A stretch of DNA of 64,000 nucleotides from Planctomycetota bacterium. Lineage in GTDB: Bacteria > Planctomycetota > SZUA-567 > H5-PLA8. The DNA is taken from NCBI GenBank assembly GCA_045863855.1, contig BTVV01000006.1, forward strand, positions 53,321-117,320, in the 5' to 3' direction. Position numbers and translations under genes: made by a program. Shown in pieces: positions 38,858 to 49,969 of this stretch (its first letter is position 1; each line of letters starts with the position of its first letter). The notes beneath the pieces were generated by a model. It was not told where the DNA came from. It did not search any database and saw only the letters and a list, made by a program, of their open reading frames with translations.

Positions 38858-41701
38858 ATGCGTTCGCTTGTTCGAGTTACGTGTTTGGTGGCGCTCTTGT
38901 TGCTGGCCGGATCGGCCGGCGCGGTGGATTTGAACGCTCCGTTGCCGGTGGACCCCAAGGTCAAGATGGGTCAGCTCCCGAATGGGATGAACTACTGGAT
39001 CCGGCAGCATGCGACGCCGCCCGGCAAGCTGGGGATGTGGCTGCATATCGGCAGCGGTTCGCTGAACGAGAGCGACGACCAGCGCGGGCTGGCGCACTTT
39101 CTGGAACACATGGCCTTTAACGGCTCGGAGAACTTTCCGCCGGGCTCGCTGGTCAAGTTCTTCGAAGGGATGGGCATGCGCTTCGGAGCGGACCAGAACG
39201 CGTTCACGAGCTTCGACGAGACGACCTACATCCTGGCGCTGCCGAATACGGAGCCTGAGACGATCAACAAGGGCCTGACGTACTTCGCGGACGTGGCATT
39301 TCGCCTGAGCCTGCTTCCGGAAGAGATCGAAAAAGAGCGCGGCGTGGTGCTGGAAGAGATGCGCGCGCGCAAAGGCGCGGCGCAGCGGCTGCTGGACAAG
39401 CGCCTGCCGGTGATGCTGCCGGGCTCGCTCGTGCCCAAGCGCGTGCCGATCGGCGTGGAAGAGACGTTGAAGGCGGCCAATCAGGAACGCTTCAAGGATT
39501 ACTACAGCGCCTACTACCGTCCCGACAATTCGACGCTGATCGTCGTGGGCGACGCCGACCCGGCGGCGCTGGAAAAATTGATCGCCGATCACTTCAGCGG
39601 CTGGAAGAAGCCCGAGACGATCCGGCCGAACGCCGATCCGGCGATCCAGCCCTACACGGATACGCGGGTGGGCATCTTCACCGATCCCGAGCAGGTGATG
39701 GGCGAAGTGGCGGTGATCTCGATCCGGCCCAAGACGGAATCGAAGACGGTGGGCGATTTCCGCGCCGAACTGGTGCGCGACGTGGGGAGCTGGATCTTCA
39801 ACCGGCGCATGGCGGAATTGGTTCAGACGGGCAAGGCGCCGTTCATGGGCGCGGGCTCCGGCGGCGGGAACTTTCTGAACGTGTGCTTGTACCTGGCCGC
39901 GCAGGCCGTCGGCAACCCGGACAAGTGGCCGGTCATGTTCGAGACGCTGCTGGTGGAACTGAAGCGCGCACGCACGCACGGCTTCATCGAACAAGAACTG
40001 GAAGACGCTCGGAAGGCCACGCTCTCGAGCGCCGAGCAGGCGGTACGCACGGAAGGCACGCAGGACGCGCATAACTTCCTGGGGCGGATGAACGGGGACC
40101 TGGGCGAAGGCACCAAACCGATGTCCGCCGCGCAGCGGCTGGAACTGCTGCAGACGCTCTTGCCCGGCGTGACGGCGGAAGAGGTCTCGAAGGGTTTCGC
40201 GCAGGACTTCGACGGCAAGAACATCCTCGTCAGCATTACGCTGCCGGAGAAAGCCGAGCTGGCGGTGCCCACCGAGGCGCAGGTCCGCGAACTGGTGGCG
40301 AAGGCCGAAGCGACCGAGGTTGCCGGCAAGGCCGCGAAGGAGCGGCCCAAGAGCCTGCTCGAACAGGATCCGACGCCCGGCAAGATCGCAACCCAGGAAG
40401 AGGACGCCGACCTGGGCATCCTGTCCGTCACCTTCGAGAACGGCGTGCGGGTGCATTTCCGTACGATGGACTTCAAGAAGGATCAGGTTACGTGCCGGAT
40501 CACGCTGGGCGGCGGGCTGATTCACGAGAAGACGGAGAACCGAGGCGTGACGGATGTGGCGGCGCTGGCCTTCCAGCAGGCGGCCACGTCGAAACTGGAC
40601 AGCACGACGATCCGGGATTTGATGACGGGCAAGAACGTGGGCGCGGGCGGCGGCGCGGGCCGCGATCACTTCGCCTTGACCGTGAGCGGATCGCCCGCCG
40701 ATCTAGAGGAAGGTTTCCGGCTGGCGTACCTGCTGCTGACCGAACCGAAAATCGAAGAGTCGGCGTTGAAGAACTGGCGCGACCGCACGAAGCAGATGCT
40801 GGAAAAGCACAAGACGGACGTACGTGGGCACATGCGCGAGAAGTTCCGGGATCTGCTCTACAGCGGCGATTCCCGGCTGAAGCTGATCGAACCGGCGCGG
40901 GTCGATGACTTGACGCTGGAAGCCGGTCAGGCGTGGCTGGCCGAACGGCTGAACGGGGCTTACATCGAAGCGGCGTTCGTCGGCGACCTGCCGCGCGAGA
41001 AGATGGTCGAACTGGCCTCGAAGTACCTGGGCAGCCTGCCCAAGCGCACGGCGACGCCGGCGGATCTGGAGCCGCTGCGCAAGATCGAATACCCGGCCGG
41101 GCCGAAGATCGAGACCGTGAAGGTGGAGACGATCACGCCGCGTTCCGAAGTGGTGATGGGCTGGCGCGTGCCGGACGAGCGCGCGGTGCACGAGTTCCGG
41201 ATGATCGAAGCGGCGGCGGAGATCCTGCAAGTGCGGCTGCGCGAAGAGATCCGCGAGAAGCGTGCGCTGACCTACAGCACAGGCTGCTTCGCAGACAACG
41301 GTCAGATGTTCCGCGACGCGGGACTGTTGGGCGTCGTCTTCACCGCCGATCCCGAGAAGGCGGAGGAAGCGGCGAAGATCGCACGGGAGGTGGTCGAGAC
41401 CTTTGCCAAGGACGGCCCGACGGACGAGGAAATCACGACGGCGCACAAGCAATTCAAGACCGAACTGGAGAAATCGTTCCAGGAGCCCGGTACGTGGTTG
41501 TCGATCCTGGGCGATCTGGATTTCCGCGGCAACAAGCTCGAGTACGTGAAGGGCTACATCGCGGAAATGAGCGGCTTCACGAAGGAGCAGCTAATGGAGA
41601 CGGTGAAGAAGTACATCGTACCGGAGCGCTTCACGCAGGTGATCGGTCTGCCGGTGGTTCCGCCGGGCGCGGCTCCGGCGCCGGAAGCGCCAAAGCCGTA
41701 A
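38858..41701 (+). CDS. Exported M16 (PqqL-like) zinc protease
   Basis: Signal peptide; GLAHFLEHMAFNG (HxxEH), NAFTSFDETTY, LREEIREK..TY. Confidence 0.93.
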   Translation: MRSLVRVTCLVALLLLAGSAGAVDLNAPLPVDPKVKMGQLPNGMNYWIRQHATPPGKLGMWLHIGSGSLNESDDQRGLAHFLEHMAFNGSENFPPGSLVKFFEGMGMRFGADQNAFTSFDETTYILALPNTEPETINKGLTYFADVAFRLSLLPEEIEKERGVVLEEMRARKGAAQRLLDKRLPVMLPGSLVPKRVPIGVEETLKAANQERFKDYYSAYYRPDNSTLIVVGDADPAALEKLIADHFSGWKKPETIRPNADPAIQPYTDTRVGIFTDPEQVMGEVAVISIRPKTESKTVGDFRAELVRDVGSWIFNRRMAELVQTGKAPFMGAGSGGGNFLNVCLYLAAQAVGNPDKWPVMFETLLVELKRARTHGFIEQELEDARKATLSSAEQAVRTEGTQDAHNFLGRMNGDLGEGTKPMSAAQRLELLQTLLPGVTAEEVSKGFAQDFDGKNILVSITLPEKAELAVPTEAQVRELVAKAEATEVAGKAAKERPKSLLEQDPTPGKIATQEEDADLGILSVTFENGVRVHFRTMDFKKDQVTCRITLGGGLIHEKTENRGVTDVAALAFQQAATSKLDSTTIRDLMTGKNVGAGGGAGRDHFALTVSGSPADLEEGFRLAYLLLTEPKIEESALKNWRDRTKQMLEKHKTDVRGHMREKFRDLLYSGDSRLKLIEPARVDDLTLEAGQAWLAERLNGAYIEAAFVGDLPREKMVELASKYLGSLPKRTATPADLEPLRKIEYPAGPKIETVKVETITPRSEVVMGWRVPDERAVHEFRMIEAAAEILQVRLREEIREKRALTYSTGCFADNGQMFRDAGLLGVVFTADPEKAEEAAKIAREVVETFAKDGPTDEEITTAHKQFKTELEKSFQEPGTWLSILGDLDFRGNKLEYVKGYIAEMSGFTKEQLMETVKKYIVPERFTQVIGLPVVPPGAAPAPEAPKP

Positions 41702-41731
41702 CGCTTCGGCGTTGCAAAATCGTGCGCCGTC

Positions 41732-42658
41732 CTAAGGCCGCTCTTTAAGCCATTGAGCGGCCTTGGGGCTGCCTGCGCGCGCGGCGCGTTCCATAACGGC
41801 GCGCGCTTGATCGGCTTCGCCCTTGGCCTCCAAGTGAAGCGCGAACCCGTGCAGGATTTCCGGGTCGGTCTTCTCCCAATCGGCCATGACGGCTTCCGCG
41901 ATCCCGGCGCCGATGCCCGCGGCGTCGGCGAGGCGGATCCACTTTTGGGCTTCCGCCTCGTCTTTGGCCACCCCTAAGCCCTGAGAGTAGATCATGCCCA
42001 GATGCGCGTAAGCGATGGGATCGCCGTTGCGCGCCGCCAGCAGGTACCATTCGCGCGCTTTAGGGTAGTCCACCTCGCCCGCGGTACCCTTGAGATAAAT
42101 CTCTCCGATGCTGCTTGCCGCTTTGGCGTTTCCAAGATCGTACGATTTCTGAAGCCAATGCAGCGCCTGGGCGTGATCCGCGGCGGTTCCAACGCCCAGT
42201 TTGTACATAAGCCCGGCGAATTTGGCGGCGTCGGCATGGCCCAATTCGGCGGCCTTCAGATACCAACCGAAGGATTCTTTTTCGTCCTTCGATACGCCTT
42301 GCCCATGCTGATACATGACGGCCAGGTTGAACATGGCATGCGTATGCCCGAGCCGCGCGGCATCTTGAAAGTACTTGGCGGCTTTAGGCAAGTCCTTGGC
42401 TACGTCCTGGCCCTGGAAATAACGCAGCCCCAATTCCGAAGCGGCCTCGGCGTTGCCGTTTTGGGCGAGTTGCTCCAATTCGGCGATGCTGAAATCCGCC
42501 CCGGTCTTTTCGGCGGGCGCGGGCGGCGGAGGTGCGGGCGGAGCGCTTTTTTCCGGGCTACCGCAGGCTGAAAGGGTCAGGGCGATCAGCCCCAGGAGCA
42601 ACCCATCCCATGCGAGTTTGATTGGGCGGTAAGCGTTCGAACAGCGAAGCCGATGCAT
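41732..42658 (-). CDS. Sel1-like repeat lipoprotein
   Basis: LSAC lipobox; repeats such as AMFNLAVMYQHGQGV..WYLKAAELG; start uncertain. Confidence 0.85.
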   Translation of the reverse strand: MHRLRCSNAYRPIKLAWDGLLLGLIALTLSACGSPEKSAPPAPPPPAPAEKTGADFSIAELEQLAQNGNAEAASELGLRYFQGQDVAKDLPKAAKYFQDAARLGHTHAMFNLAVMYQHGQGVSKDEKESFGWYLKAAELGHADAAKFAGLMYKLGVGTAADHAQALHWLQKSYDLGNAKAASSIGEIYLKGTAGEVDYPKAREWYLLAARNGDPIAYAHLGMIYSQGLGVAKDEAEAQKWIRLADAAGIGAGIAEAVMADWEKTDPEILHGFALHLEAKGEADQARAVMERAARAGSPKAAQWLKERP

Positions 42659-42670
42659 GGCGTACCCCTG

Positions 42671-43660
42671 TTACCTGCGGCGCCAGCTTCGCCCGGCCTG
42701 CATGGCGAGCGCGATCTCGACGCTGGGCAGCGACTCGGCGACCGTGGGACCGGACCACTTTCCCGAGCGCAGCGCCTCGACGAAGGCGGCTTCTTCGCCG
42801 AAGAAGCCGCCGTTGACGGGTTCGCTCAGGGCTTCCGGAAAATGCGCGAACGGCTTGAACGGATCGGGTAGCTGGACGGCTTTGCCGCATTCGTACAGGT
42901 CGCAGAAACCGGGCTGATCGATCAGCCAGCCGACGCCGCTGCGGACCAAGGCCACGCATTCGGCGCCGAAGATTTCGTAACGCTCGATCGAAACCCCCGC
43001 TTCCGGGCGAACGTTCAGCGTGCCCACGCCTCCGTTGGCGTACTCGAAAATAAACGTGAAGGCATGCCGCCGATCGCCGCGCAGGCGGCGCTTGTCGACG
43101 ATCACGCGGTCGACGTCGCCGCCCAAAAACCGAAGCGCGTCGATGCTGTGAATCGCGGTGGCCCAGAAATCGGGATCGTGGCGGCGGTGGCGGTACATGA
43201 GGCCGCCGGCGCCTTTGATCGCGCCGCGCTTGAGCACCTCGGCGCGTCCTTGCACCAGCGGCGGGCAGAATCGGCGGTTGAAGGCGACCATGTGCTTCGC
43301 ATGGCCGGCCTTGGCGGACCGGATCAGGCTCTTGCAGGCCGCCGCGGAATGCCCCGGCGGCTTCTCGAGGATCGTGGGATAGCCCTTGCGCAGGATCGCG
43401 CCGGCCACGGCCGCGGTGGCGGTGACGGGCACGATCACCGCGACGCCGTCGGGTTTCGCTTCACGGAGCATCGTCTCGATGTCGGTGTACGCCGCCCGCG
43501 CGCCGAACTTTTTTGCCGCCGAAGCCGCCAGTGCGCCGTTCAGATCGCAGACCCCGGCGAAGACGCAGCGCTTCATGCGCTGCAACTGCGCGAGGCTGGG
43601 AAGATGCTGGCGCTGCGAGAGGTTACCGCAGCCGATGACCACAACGCGCGGGGCGGACAT
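42671..43660 (-). CDS. Gfo/Idh/MocA oxidoreductase
   Basis: IGCG, LEKPPG, AFNRRF, IHSID. Confidence 0.88.
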   Translation of the reverse strand: MSAPRVVVIGCGNLSQRQHLPSLAQLQRMKRCVFAGVCDLNGALAASAAKKFGARAAYTDIETMLREAKPDGVAVIVPVTATAAVAGAILRKGYPTILEKPPGHSAAACKSLIRSAKAGHAKHMVAFNRRFCPPLVQGRAEVLKRGAIKGAGGLMYRHRRHDPDFWATAIHSIDALRFLGGDVDRVIVDKRRLRGDRRHAFTFIFEYANGGVGTLNVRPEAGVSIERYEIFGAECVALVRSGVGWLIDQPGFCDLYECGKAVQLPDPFKPFAHFPEALSEPVNGGFFGEEAAFVEALRSGKWSGPTVAESLPSVEIALAMQAGRSWRRR

Positions 43661-43823
43661 GGGGCGTTCCTTAAAGTAGAGGCGTTACCCGTTCAGCATA
43701 ACGCAAAGGCCAAACTTCAAACGGCAAGAATCGAACCCGCCGCGCACCGCGGTTTGCGGTTTGCCGCTCGCCCGCGCGCGCCTACAGTAAGCGCGTTGCT
43801 ATCCAATCCAAGGGGGGCCGGTC

Positions 43824-44849
43824 ATGAAACCGCTTCGCGTCGGGATCGTCGGGTACGGCTGGGTGGCCGGAGCGCACCTTACGGCGCTGCACGAACTGGA
43901 GCGCGTCCGCGTCACGGCGATCTGTTCGCGCCGCACACTGGACGAGAAGGAACTCGCCGCCAAGCACGGCGGGCCGGTGCGCGCGTATACCGACTTCAAG
44001 AAGATGTGCGCCGACCCCGAACTGGACGTCATCAGCATCTGCACGCCGCACCCGATGCACCCGGAGCAGGTCGAGATCGCGGCGCAGGCGGGCAAGCACC
44101 TGATCATCGAGAAGCCGGTGGCGATCGACCGCCCGGGCCTGGACCGCGTGGAGCGGGCGGTGAAGAAAAGCGGCGTGAAAGCGTGCGTCTGCTTCGAGGT
44201 GCGTGTGGCGGGGCAGTTCCAGACCTACCGTGCGATGCTCGACCGCGGTCTGCTGGGCAAGCTGCACTACGGCGAGATCGACTACTACCACGGGATCGGG
44301 CCGTGGTACGGGCAGTACGAGTGGAACAAGAAAAAGGCCTTCGGCGGGAGTTCGCTGCTGACGGCCGGGTGCCACGCGCTGGATGCGCTGATCTGGCTGA
44401 TGGGCTCGAAGCCCGTGGAAGTGATGAGCTACGCGGCGCAATCGGCGCATCCATATTTCCAGGCCTACGATTATCCGACGACGAGCAGCACGCTGATCAA
44501 GTTCGAGAACGGCGCGGTGGGCAAGACGGCGAGCGTGATCGACTGCTTCCAGCCGTATCTGTTCAACGTCCACCTCGTCGGGAGCGAGGGGAGTGTCTGG
44601 AACGAGAAGTTCCACAGCAATACGTTCAAGGGCCTGGACAAGTCGGGCTGGAGTGCGCTGCATGTGCCGCTGGTGGACAGCGGCGACGTGGCGCATCACC
44701 CATACACGGCGCTCTTCAAGGACTTCGTCGCGGCGATTCGCGAAGACCGCGCGCCGCAGTTCGGCTTCGACGAGGGCGTGCTCTCGCACCGTACGTGTCT
44801 GGCCGCCGATCGAAGCGCCGCGGAAGGCCGGCCGGTGAAGGTGGAATAG
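43824..44849 (+). CDS. Gfo/Idh/MocA oxidoreductase
   Basis: VGYGWVA, ICTPHPMH, IEKPVA, GCHALD. Confidence 0.9.
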   Translation: MKPLRVGIVGYGWVAGAHLTALHELERVRVTAICSRRTLDEKELAAKHGGPVRAYTDFKKMCADPELDVISICTPHPMHPEQVEIAAQAGKHLIIEKPVAIDRPGLDRVERAVKKSGVKACVCFEVRVAGQFQTYRAMLDRGLLGKLHYGEIDYYHGIGPWYGQYEWNKKKAFGGSSLLTAGCHALDALIWLMGSKPVEVMSYAAQSAHPYFQAYDYPTTSSTLIKFENGAVGKTASVIDCFQPYLFNVHLVGSEGSVWNEKFHSNTFKGLDKSGWSALHVPLVDSGDVAHHPYTALFKDFVAAIREDRAPQFGFDEGVLSHRTCLAADRSAAEGRPVKVE

Positions 44850-44883
44850 CCGCGTCTGAATCGGGTTCGGCTGCGTGAAGCGT

Positions 44884-45654
44884 TCACCGGCCTTGCTTCC
44901 ACCAGTCCGGGTCGCGTTCCCAGGCCTGGCGCGGTTCTTCGCCGCCGAAGCCGTAGCCTTGCACGGCCATCTGCCGGAGCTTCCAACTGTAGTAAGCCAG
45001 GATCGCGAAGAGCAGGACGGGCCACCAGATCGTTTTCAGCGGTTCCTGCTGGACGATCGCCCAAGCCGCGAAGCCCAGGATGGCGAGTAGGGCTGCGGCC
45101 ATCGAGATGCCGAAGGCGAGCGCGTTGCCTCGTTCGCCTTGGCGGCCCAGTACGATCTCGCGCATGATCTGGCCGCCGTCGAGCGGGTAGACGGGAATCA
45201 GGTTCACCAGCCCCCACCACAGGTTGATATGTTCAAGGTGCCAGAGCGCCTCGCTGGCGTAGGGGTGCAAGGTGAAGGGATCGTAGAGTTTCAGCTTTCC
45301 GGCGCCGTAGATCAGGCCGAAGAGGATGAATCCCGCGCCGGGCCCCATGAGCAGTTCGATGATGCGCTGGCGGCGCGTCAGGCCGCCTTCGCTGATCGCC
45401 AGGCCCCCGAGCGTGTAGAGCCAGACGCGCGTGCCGCGCGCGCCGAAGTACCGCGCCGTCAGCGCATGGCCGAATTCGTGGAGCAGGATCGAGACGAAGA
45501 CGCAGGCGACCCAGATCAGGATCGAACTGAGCTTCGCGCCTTCGTGCCAGCCCATGAACACGGCGCCGAGCCAGAAAAACGGGTGGACGCGCGTGGGGAT
45601 GCGCAGCAGCGTGAAGCGCAGGTCGTACGCGGTGCGTTGCGGTTCGAAGAGCAT
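44884..45654 (-). CDS. Site-2 (M50) intramembrane metalloprotease
   Basis: HEFGH, GP, NLIPVYPLDGG. Confidence 0.92.
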   Translation of the reverse strand: MLFEPQRTAYDLRFTLLRIPTRVHPFFWLGAVFMGWHEGAKLSSILIWVACVFVSILLHEFGHALTARYFGARGTRVWLYTLGGLAISEGGLTRRQRIIELLMGPGAGFILFGLIYGAGKLKLYDPFTLHPYASEALWHLEHINLWWGLVNLIPVYPLDGGQIMREIVLGRQGERGNALAFGISMAAALLAILGFAAWAIVQQEPLKTIWWPVLLFAILAYYSWKLRQMAVQGYGFGGEEPRQAWERDPDWWKQGR

Positions 45655-45714
45655 GTCGCGTTTGCAGTCCGGGCCGGCGATGAAGATAGCAGACGCCGCG
45701 AAGCTTGCGAAGCG

Positions 45715-47271
45715 TCAATGCCCTTCGCCGGGCTCGGTGAGCCACGGGGCGAGCGCGAAACATCCGGCCAGGACCAGGTAACCCAGCGCCCATGGGCGCG
45801 CGGGATCGAAACTCAGGTCGATGCCGGCTCCGCCGTGCGGCAATTCGACGTACGCGTGCATCAGGCCGCAGGCGCACAAGACCGCGCCGGCCAGACACCA
45901 CAGCGCGGCGCGACGCCACTCGCGTTCGATCACGTGCACGAAGGCGGCGGCGAGAATCATGGCCGAGAAGATCATGCCTTGTTCGAGCGCCAACACGCCG
46001 CGCAGATAAATGTCGCCGCGTTCGAAGGCCACGTACAGCGCCGCGTCGTACGCCTGCGCGTGCCCGGCGATGCGCAGGGTGCTGCCGATCAGGAACGAAG
46101 CGTACGCGCCGACGCCGACGAGGAGGCCCATGACCGCGGCCGGAGCATGCGCGGGCGGAGTGCTTTGGAACGCTTGCGCGGTAATCACGATCCCGATGTA
46201 GAGGACGATCGCCATGCCGGCTTCGATCGGCACGGCCCAAGCCACGTAAGCCAGCGTGCCGCTGAGGCAGAGCAGGGTCATGAAGCCGGCGTTGAGAATC
46301 GAATAGCCGGCCCGCGCGCCCATGGCCTTCCAGCCCGGATGGCCGATGTAAATGGTCGTCGGAAAGCAGCTCCCGAAACACGCCGCGGCCAAGGTGCCGA
46401 TGCCGTTGGCGGCCAGCGCGCTGCGCGTGGGGAAGCGGTCGCCTGCTGCTTCGGCCGATTCGATGTTCTGCATCGAGCCCACCACGTTGAAGACCCCCAT
46501 GGGGAGGATCACGGAAAAGTACGCGAGCGCGTGCGGGCCGCGCAGCGCTTCCCAGAGTTCGCCGAAGACCGGCACCGGCGGATAGAAACCGACGCCTTTC
46601 AGTTCCACGCCCGCAACCGGAGCAAGCCCCGTCAGCCAACTGAGCAGCACGCCGAGCAGGACCGCGACGAGACCTCCGGGGAGGCCGCCCTTGAAGCGCA
46701 CGCGGCCGAAGTAGCTTGCCACGAGCACTCCGAGCGTCGCGAGCCCCACCATCGGAGAGGCGAAGGTGCGGAAGAGAAAGTTCAACGAGATGAACGTGAG
46801 CGCGATGCCGGCCAACGTGGAGAGCAGCGCCGCGCGCGGGCTGGCTTTGCGCAGCCATTCGGCGACGAACGCGCCGCCGAATTCGATCAGGCCCGAGCCG
46901 AAGCAGGCCACCAGCCCGGCCTGCCAAGCCACGTGAGCGGGATCGGCGGCGCCCGCGGCTTCGGCCGAGGCGCGCGCCGGGAGCAGCACCGCGAAGAGGT
47001 ATACGAAGACCGAAGGCGTGTTGATGCCGTAGGGGAGCGCGCAAATGTCGTCGCGCCCGGTGGCGCGCGCCAGTTGCCGCGCTTGCCAGGCGTAGAACAG
47101 ATTGCCCACCAGCAGCGAGACGGCCGCGCCCGGAAGAATGCGTCCGTAGATCAGTTCGGGCGGCATCCCGATGACGGCCCGGCAGAGCCCGTCGATGACC
47201 AGGAGCTGGATCAAGTTGTCGAGCGCGAGGCCGAAGAAGCCGTCGATATCGCCGCGCACGAACCAACGCAT
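45715..47271 (-). CDS. NCS2/AzgA-like nucleobase permease
   Basis: GDIDGFFGL..DN, ALPYGINTP, NIESAEAAGD, PTTIYIGHPGWK; many TMs. Confidence 0.85.
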   Translation of the reverse strand: MRWFVRGDIDGFFGLALDNLIQLLVIDGLCRAVIGMPPELIYGRILPGAAVSLLVGNLFYAWQARQLARATGRDDICALPYGINTPSVFVYLFAVLLPARASAEAAGAADPAHVAWQAGLVACFGSGLIEFGGAFVAEWLRKASPRAALLSTLAGIALTFISLNFLFRTFASPMVGLATLGVLVASYFGRVRFKGGLPGGLVAVLLGVLLSWLTGLAPVAGVELKGVGFYPPVPVFGELWEALRGPHALAYFSVILPMGVFNVVGSMQNIESAEAAGDRFPTRSALAANGIGTLAAACFGSCFPTTIYIGHPGWKAMGARAGYSILNAGFMTLLCLSGTLAYVAWAVPIEAGMAIVLYIGIVITAQAFQSTPPAHAPAAVMGLLVGVGAYASFLIGSTLRIAGHAQAYDAALYVAFERGDIYLRGVLALEQGMIFSAMILAAAFVHVIEREWRRAALWCLAGAVLCACGLMHAYVELPHGGAGIDLSFDPARPWALGYLVLAGCFALAPWLTEPGEGH

Positions 47272-47435
47272 GGTCGGGTTCCCGGTTGAGCCAAGTCGAT
47301 TGAATCCACAGGTTGTAAAGGGTAGGGTGGGGGTACTCAACGACCGGTCGGGCCGATGCTTCGCGTTTGGGCGTGAGGCCAGGCGTGGCGGCGCACAATC
47401 CGCCTGAGAAGGAACCTGTTAACAAGGAGCGCAGC

Positions 47436-47762
47436 ATGGCCGAGCTTCAGATCGAAGTGCTGACCGCGGGAACGGGACCGCAGGCGCAAGCCGGGAAGAC
47501 CGTGTCGGTGCATTACACCGGCTGGCTGACCGACGGCTCCAAATTCGACAGCAGCCGCGACCGGGGCCAGCCGTTCGAATTCAAGCTCGGCGCGGGCCAG
47601 GTGATCAAGGGCTGGGACCAAGGCGTGGCGAAGATGAAGGTCGGCGAGAAGTCCAAGCTGACGATCCCGCCGGAAATGGGCTACGGCGCGCGCGGCTTCC
47701 CCGGCGCGATTCCGCCGAACTCCACGCTGGTCTTCGAAGTCGAACTGCTGGCGGTCAAGTAA
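47436..47762 (+). CDS. FKBP-type peptidyl-prolyl isomerase
   Basis: [47 protein letters not shown]. Confidence 0.96.
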   Translation: MAELQIEVLTAGTGPQAQAGKTVSVHYTGWLTDGSKFDSSRDRGQPFEFKLGAGQVIKGWDQGVAKMKVGEKSKLTIPPEMGYGARGFPGAIPPNSTLVFEVELLAVK

Positions 47763-47836
47763 GCGGCACAGCCGTGCGGAGGCAGCGAAACGTGAAGGGC
47801 TCGCACGCGTCCGCTTATTTATCGCCAAGGACCCGT

Positions 47837-49969
47837 ATGTATTCTCGTCGCGCAGGCCTGCTTGCCGTCTGTCTGGCCGCTTCGATGCTTGCCGCTCAAG
47901 AGCCCGAGCCTTCGCCTGACGGCGAAAACAAGAAGGACGGTTCGAAGACGATCTCGATCGAGGTCACGGGCCGGCGGGATGCCGCCGAACCTGGGGCTTC
48001 AAGTTCGTTCAGCGGGAAGCAATTGGAGCGCATGCAGGCCGGGCAAGGCGAAGACTTGGGCGCGCGCATCCCCAACGCTCATATGCCGCAGGCGCCCGAA
48101 CCGCACTCGCCGTTCTTCATCGTGCGCGGCTTCGGTAACGGCACGGCGCTGGGCGATCCGACGGTGGCGCTGTACGTGGACGACATCCCGCTGGGCGATT
48201 TGCGATCGTTCAGCTACCGGTTATGGGAGGTCGATCACGTCACGTTTCATCGCGGCCCGCAAGGCACGCATGCGGGGCGAAATGCTGAGATGGGGCTGCT
48301 GGAAGTTCGTTCGATTCGTCCGGGCAACCATTGGGAAGGCCACACCGAAGCGCGCTACGGGAACTACGATACGCAGCACTATTACGCGTCCGCGAGCGGT
48401 CCGGTGCTAAAGGATAAAGTTCAGTTGCGCGTCGGCGCGCTTCTGGAAAAGCGCGACGGCTATCTGCGCAATACGTTGCGCGATTCGCGCCCCGACCATC
48501 GCGAAAGCCTGGAAGCGCGCGCGCAGGTATTTGCGCAGCCCGCCGACGGCCTCGACATACAGTTAACCGCTCAGGCGCGCCTCGACGATGCCGGCAGCGA
48601 AGGTTACGTTTCGTTTCGCCAGCGCGATCCGTTCGAAGTGCAGCACGATATTCGCGGCGAGCATCGGATCGATCAGTACCTTGGCGGGTTACGTATCAAA
48701 TACGAGTTCCCGGACTTCGAGTTGCTATCCGTTACATCGCGGCAGTTCCACGAACTCGATCAGACCGAGACCGAGATCGACCTGGGGCCGCGGCGCTTCA
48801 TCTTGCTCCTGGATGAGTATGAGAACACGCAGTGGACGCAGGAACTGCAGGCCCGCTCGCGCCCGGACGGCGGCCCCTGGGGCTGGCGCGTCGGAGCGTA
48901 CCTCGAAGACCGAACCACGCGGATGAAGAACGGGATCCGCTTCCTCGATTCGGCTTTCATTCAGGCTGCGCCACCCGCTGGCCTGGGATTGCCCTTCGAC
49001 GCGCCTGTCACTCAAAACCGCTCCGCGAACTTTTACCATCGCGCCTGGGCGCTTTTCGGCGAAGCGACGTACACCTTCCTGGACGATTTCGAATGGCGGT
49101 TTGGCCTGCGCCTCGAACGCTCCAGCCATCTCATTCGCCGCAAGCATGTCTTCGAAGCGCCCACGGGCAATACGTCGATCACCGTCGCGCCGGCCTACGA
49201 CGTGGACCGTGTGGATCATGCCGCGCTGCCCGCGCTGGCGCTGGCTTGGAACGGCGGCGGCTTCGTGAAGCAGGTGTACGGACGCATCGCCCGCGGGTGG
49301 CGCCCCGGCGGATTCAGCCGCGCCAGCGACGATCCCGACGAGTCGGCCTGGGAACCCGAGTGGCTCTGGAATGGCGAGATCGGCGCGCGCTTCGCCTGGT
49401 TCGAGGAGCGCTTGAGCCTGGATGCCACGGCTTTCTGGATCGATGCGCGGGATTTCCTGGTGCGCCGCACGGTCACGCCGCCGTCTTTCAGCTTGGTCAA
49501 CGCCGATCACGTCGTATCGCGCGGCTTGGAATTCGAAGCGCATGCCGCGCCGGTCCAGGGCCTCGACGTTTCACTTGCGCTGGGTTATGTGGATGCACGC
49601 TTTCGGGAATTCGTCGATCCGATCACGGGCGCCGATTTCAGCGGAAACCGCGTGCTGCTTACCCCCGAGTACACCTTCGCGCTCGGCGCGTCCTATCGGC
49701 ATGCCTCCGGCTTCATGATTTGGGCCGAATGGCAGGGCCGCGGCGATATGTTTTACCTGGAAGACAACATTAAGGAGCAAGGCAGCTACGAACTGCTGAA
49801 TGCCAAGATCGGCTACGAGTCCGAACGCTTCGACGTGTTTTTGTACGGCCAAAACCTGCTCAATCGCACGTACCATCACTTCGCCGTTCCGGCGTTGGGC
49901 AGTCCCACGTACCTTGGGACCGTCGGCGCGCCGCAGACCTACGGCATCGGCGGGCGGGTGCGGTTCTAG
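47837..49969 (+). CDS. TonB-dependent receptor
   Basis: Signal peptide, IEVTGRR, plug (LYVDD..RGPQGT), NLLN, C-terminal ..GGRVRF. Confidence 0.9.
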   Translation: MYSRRAGLLAVCLAASMLAAQEPEPSPDGENKKDGSKTISIEVTGRRDAAEPGASSSFSGKQLERMQAGQGEDLGARIPNAHMPQAPEPHSPFFIVRGFGNGTALGDPTVALYVDDIPLGDLRSFSYRLWEVDHVTFHRGPQGTHAGRNAEMGLLEVRSIRPGNHWEGHTEARYGNYDTQHYYASASGPVLKDKVQLRVGALLEKRDGYLRNTLRDSRPDHRESLEARAQVFAQPADGLDIQLTAQARLDDAGSEGYVSFRQRDPFEVQHDIRGEHRIDQYLGGLRIKYEFPDFELLSVTSRQFHELDQTETEIDLGPRRFILLLDEYENTQWTQELQARSRPDGGPWGWRVGAYLEDRTTRMKNGIRFLDSAFIQAAPPAGLGLPFDAPVTQNRSANFYHRAWALFGEATYTFLDDFEWRFGLRLERSSHLIRRKHVFEAPTGNTSITVAPAYDVDRVDHAALPALALAWNGGGFVKQVYGRIARGWRPGGFSRASDDPDESAWEPEWLWNGEIGARFAWFEERLSLDATAFWIDARDFLVRRTVTPPSFSLVNADHVVSRGLEFEAHAAPVQGLDVSLALGYVDARFREFVDPITGADFSGNRVLLTPEYTFALGASYRHASGFMIWAEWQGRGDMFYLEDNIKEQGSYELLNAKIGYESERFDVFLYGQNLLNRTYHHFAVPALGSPTYLGTVGAPQTYGIGGRVRF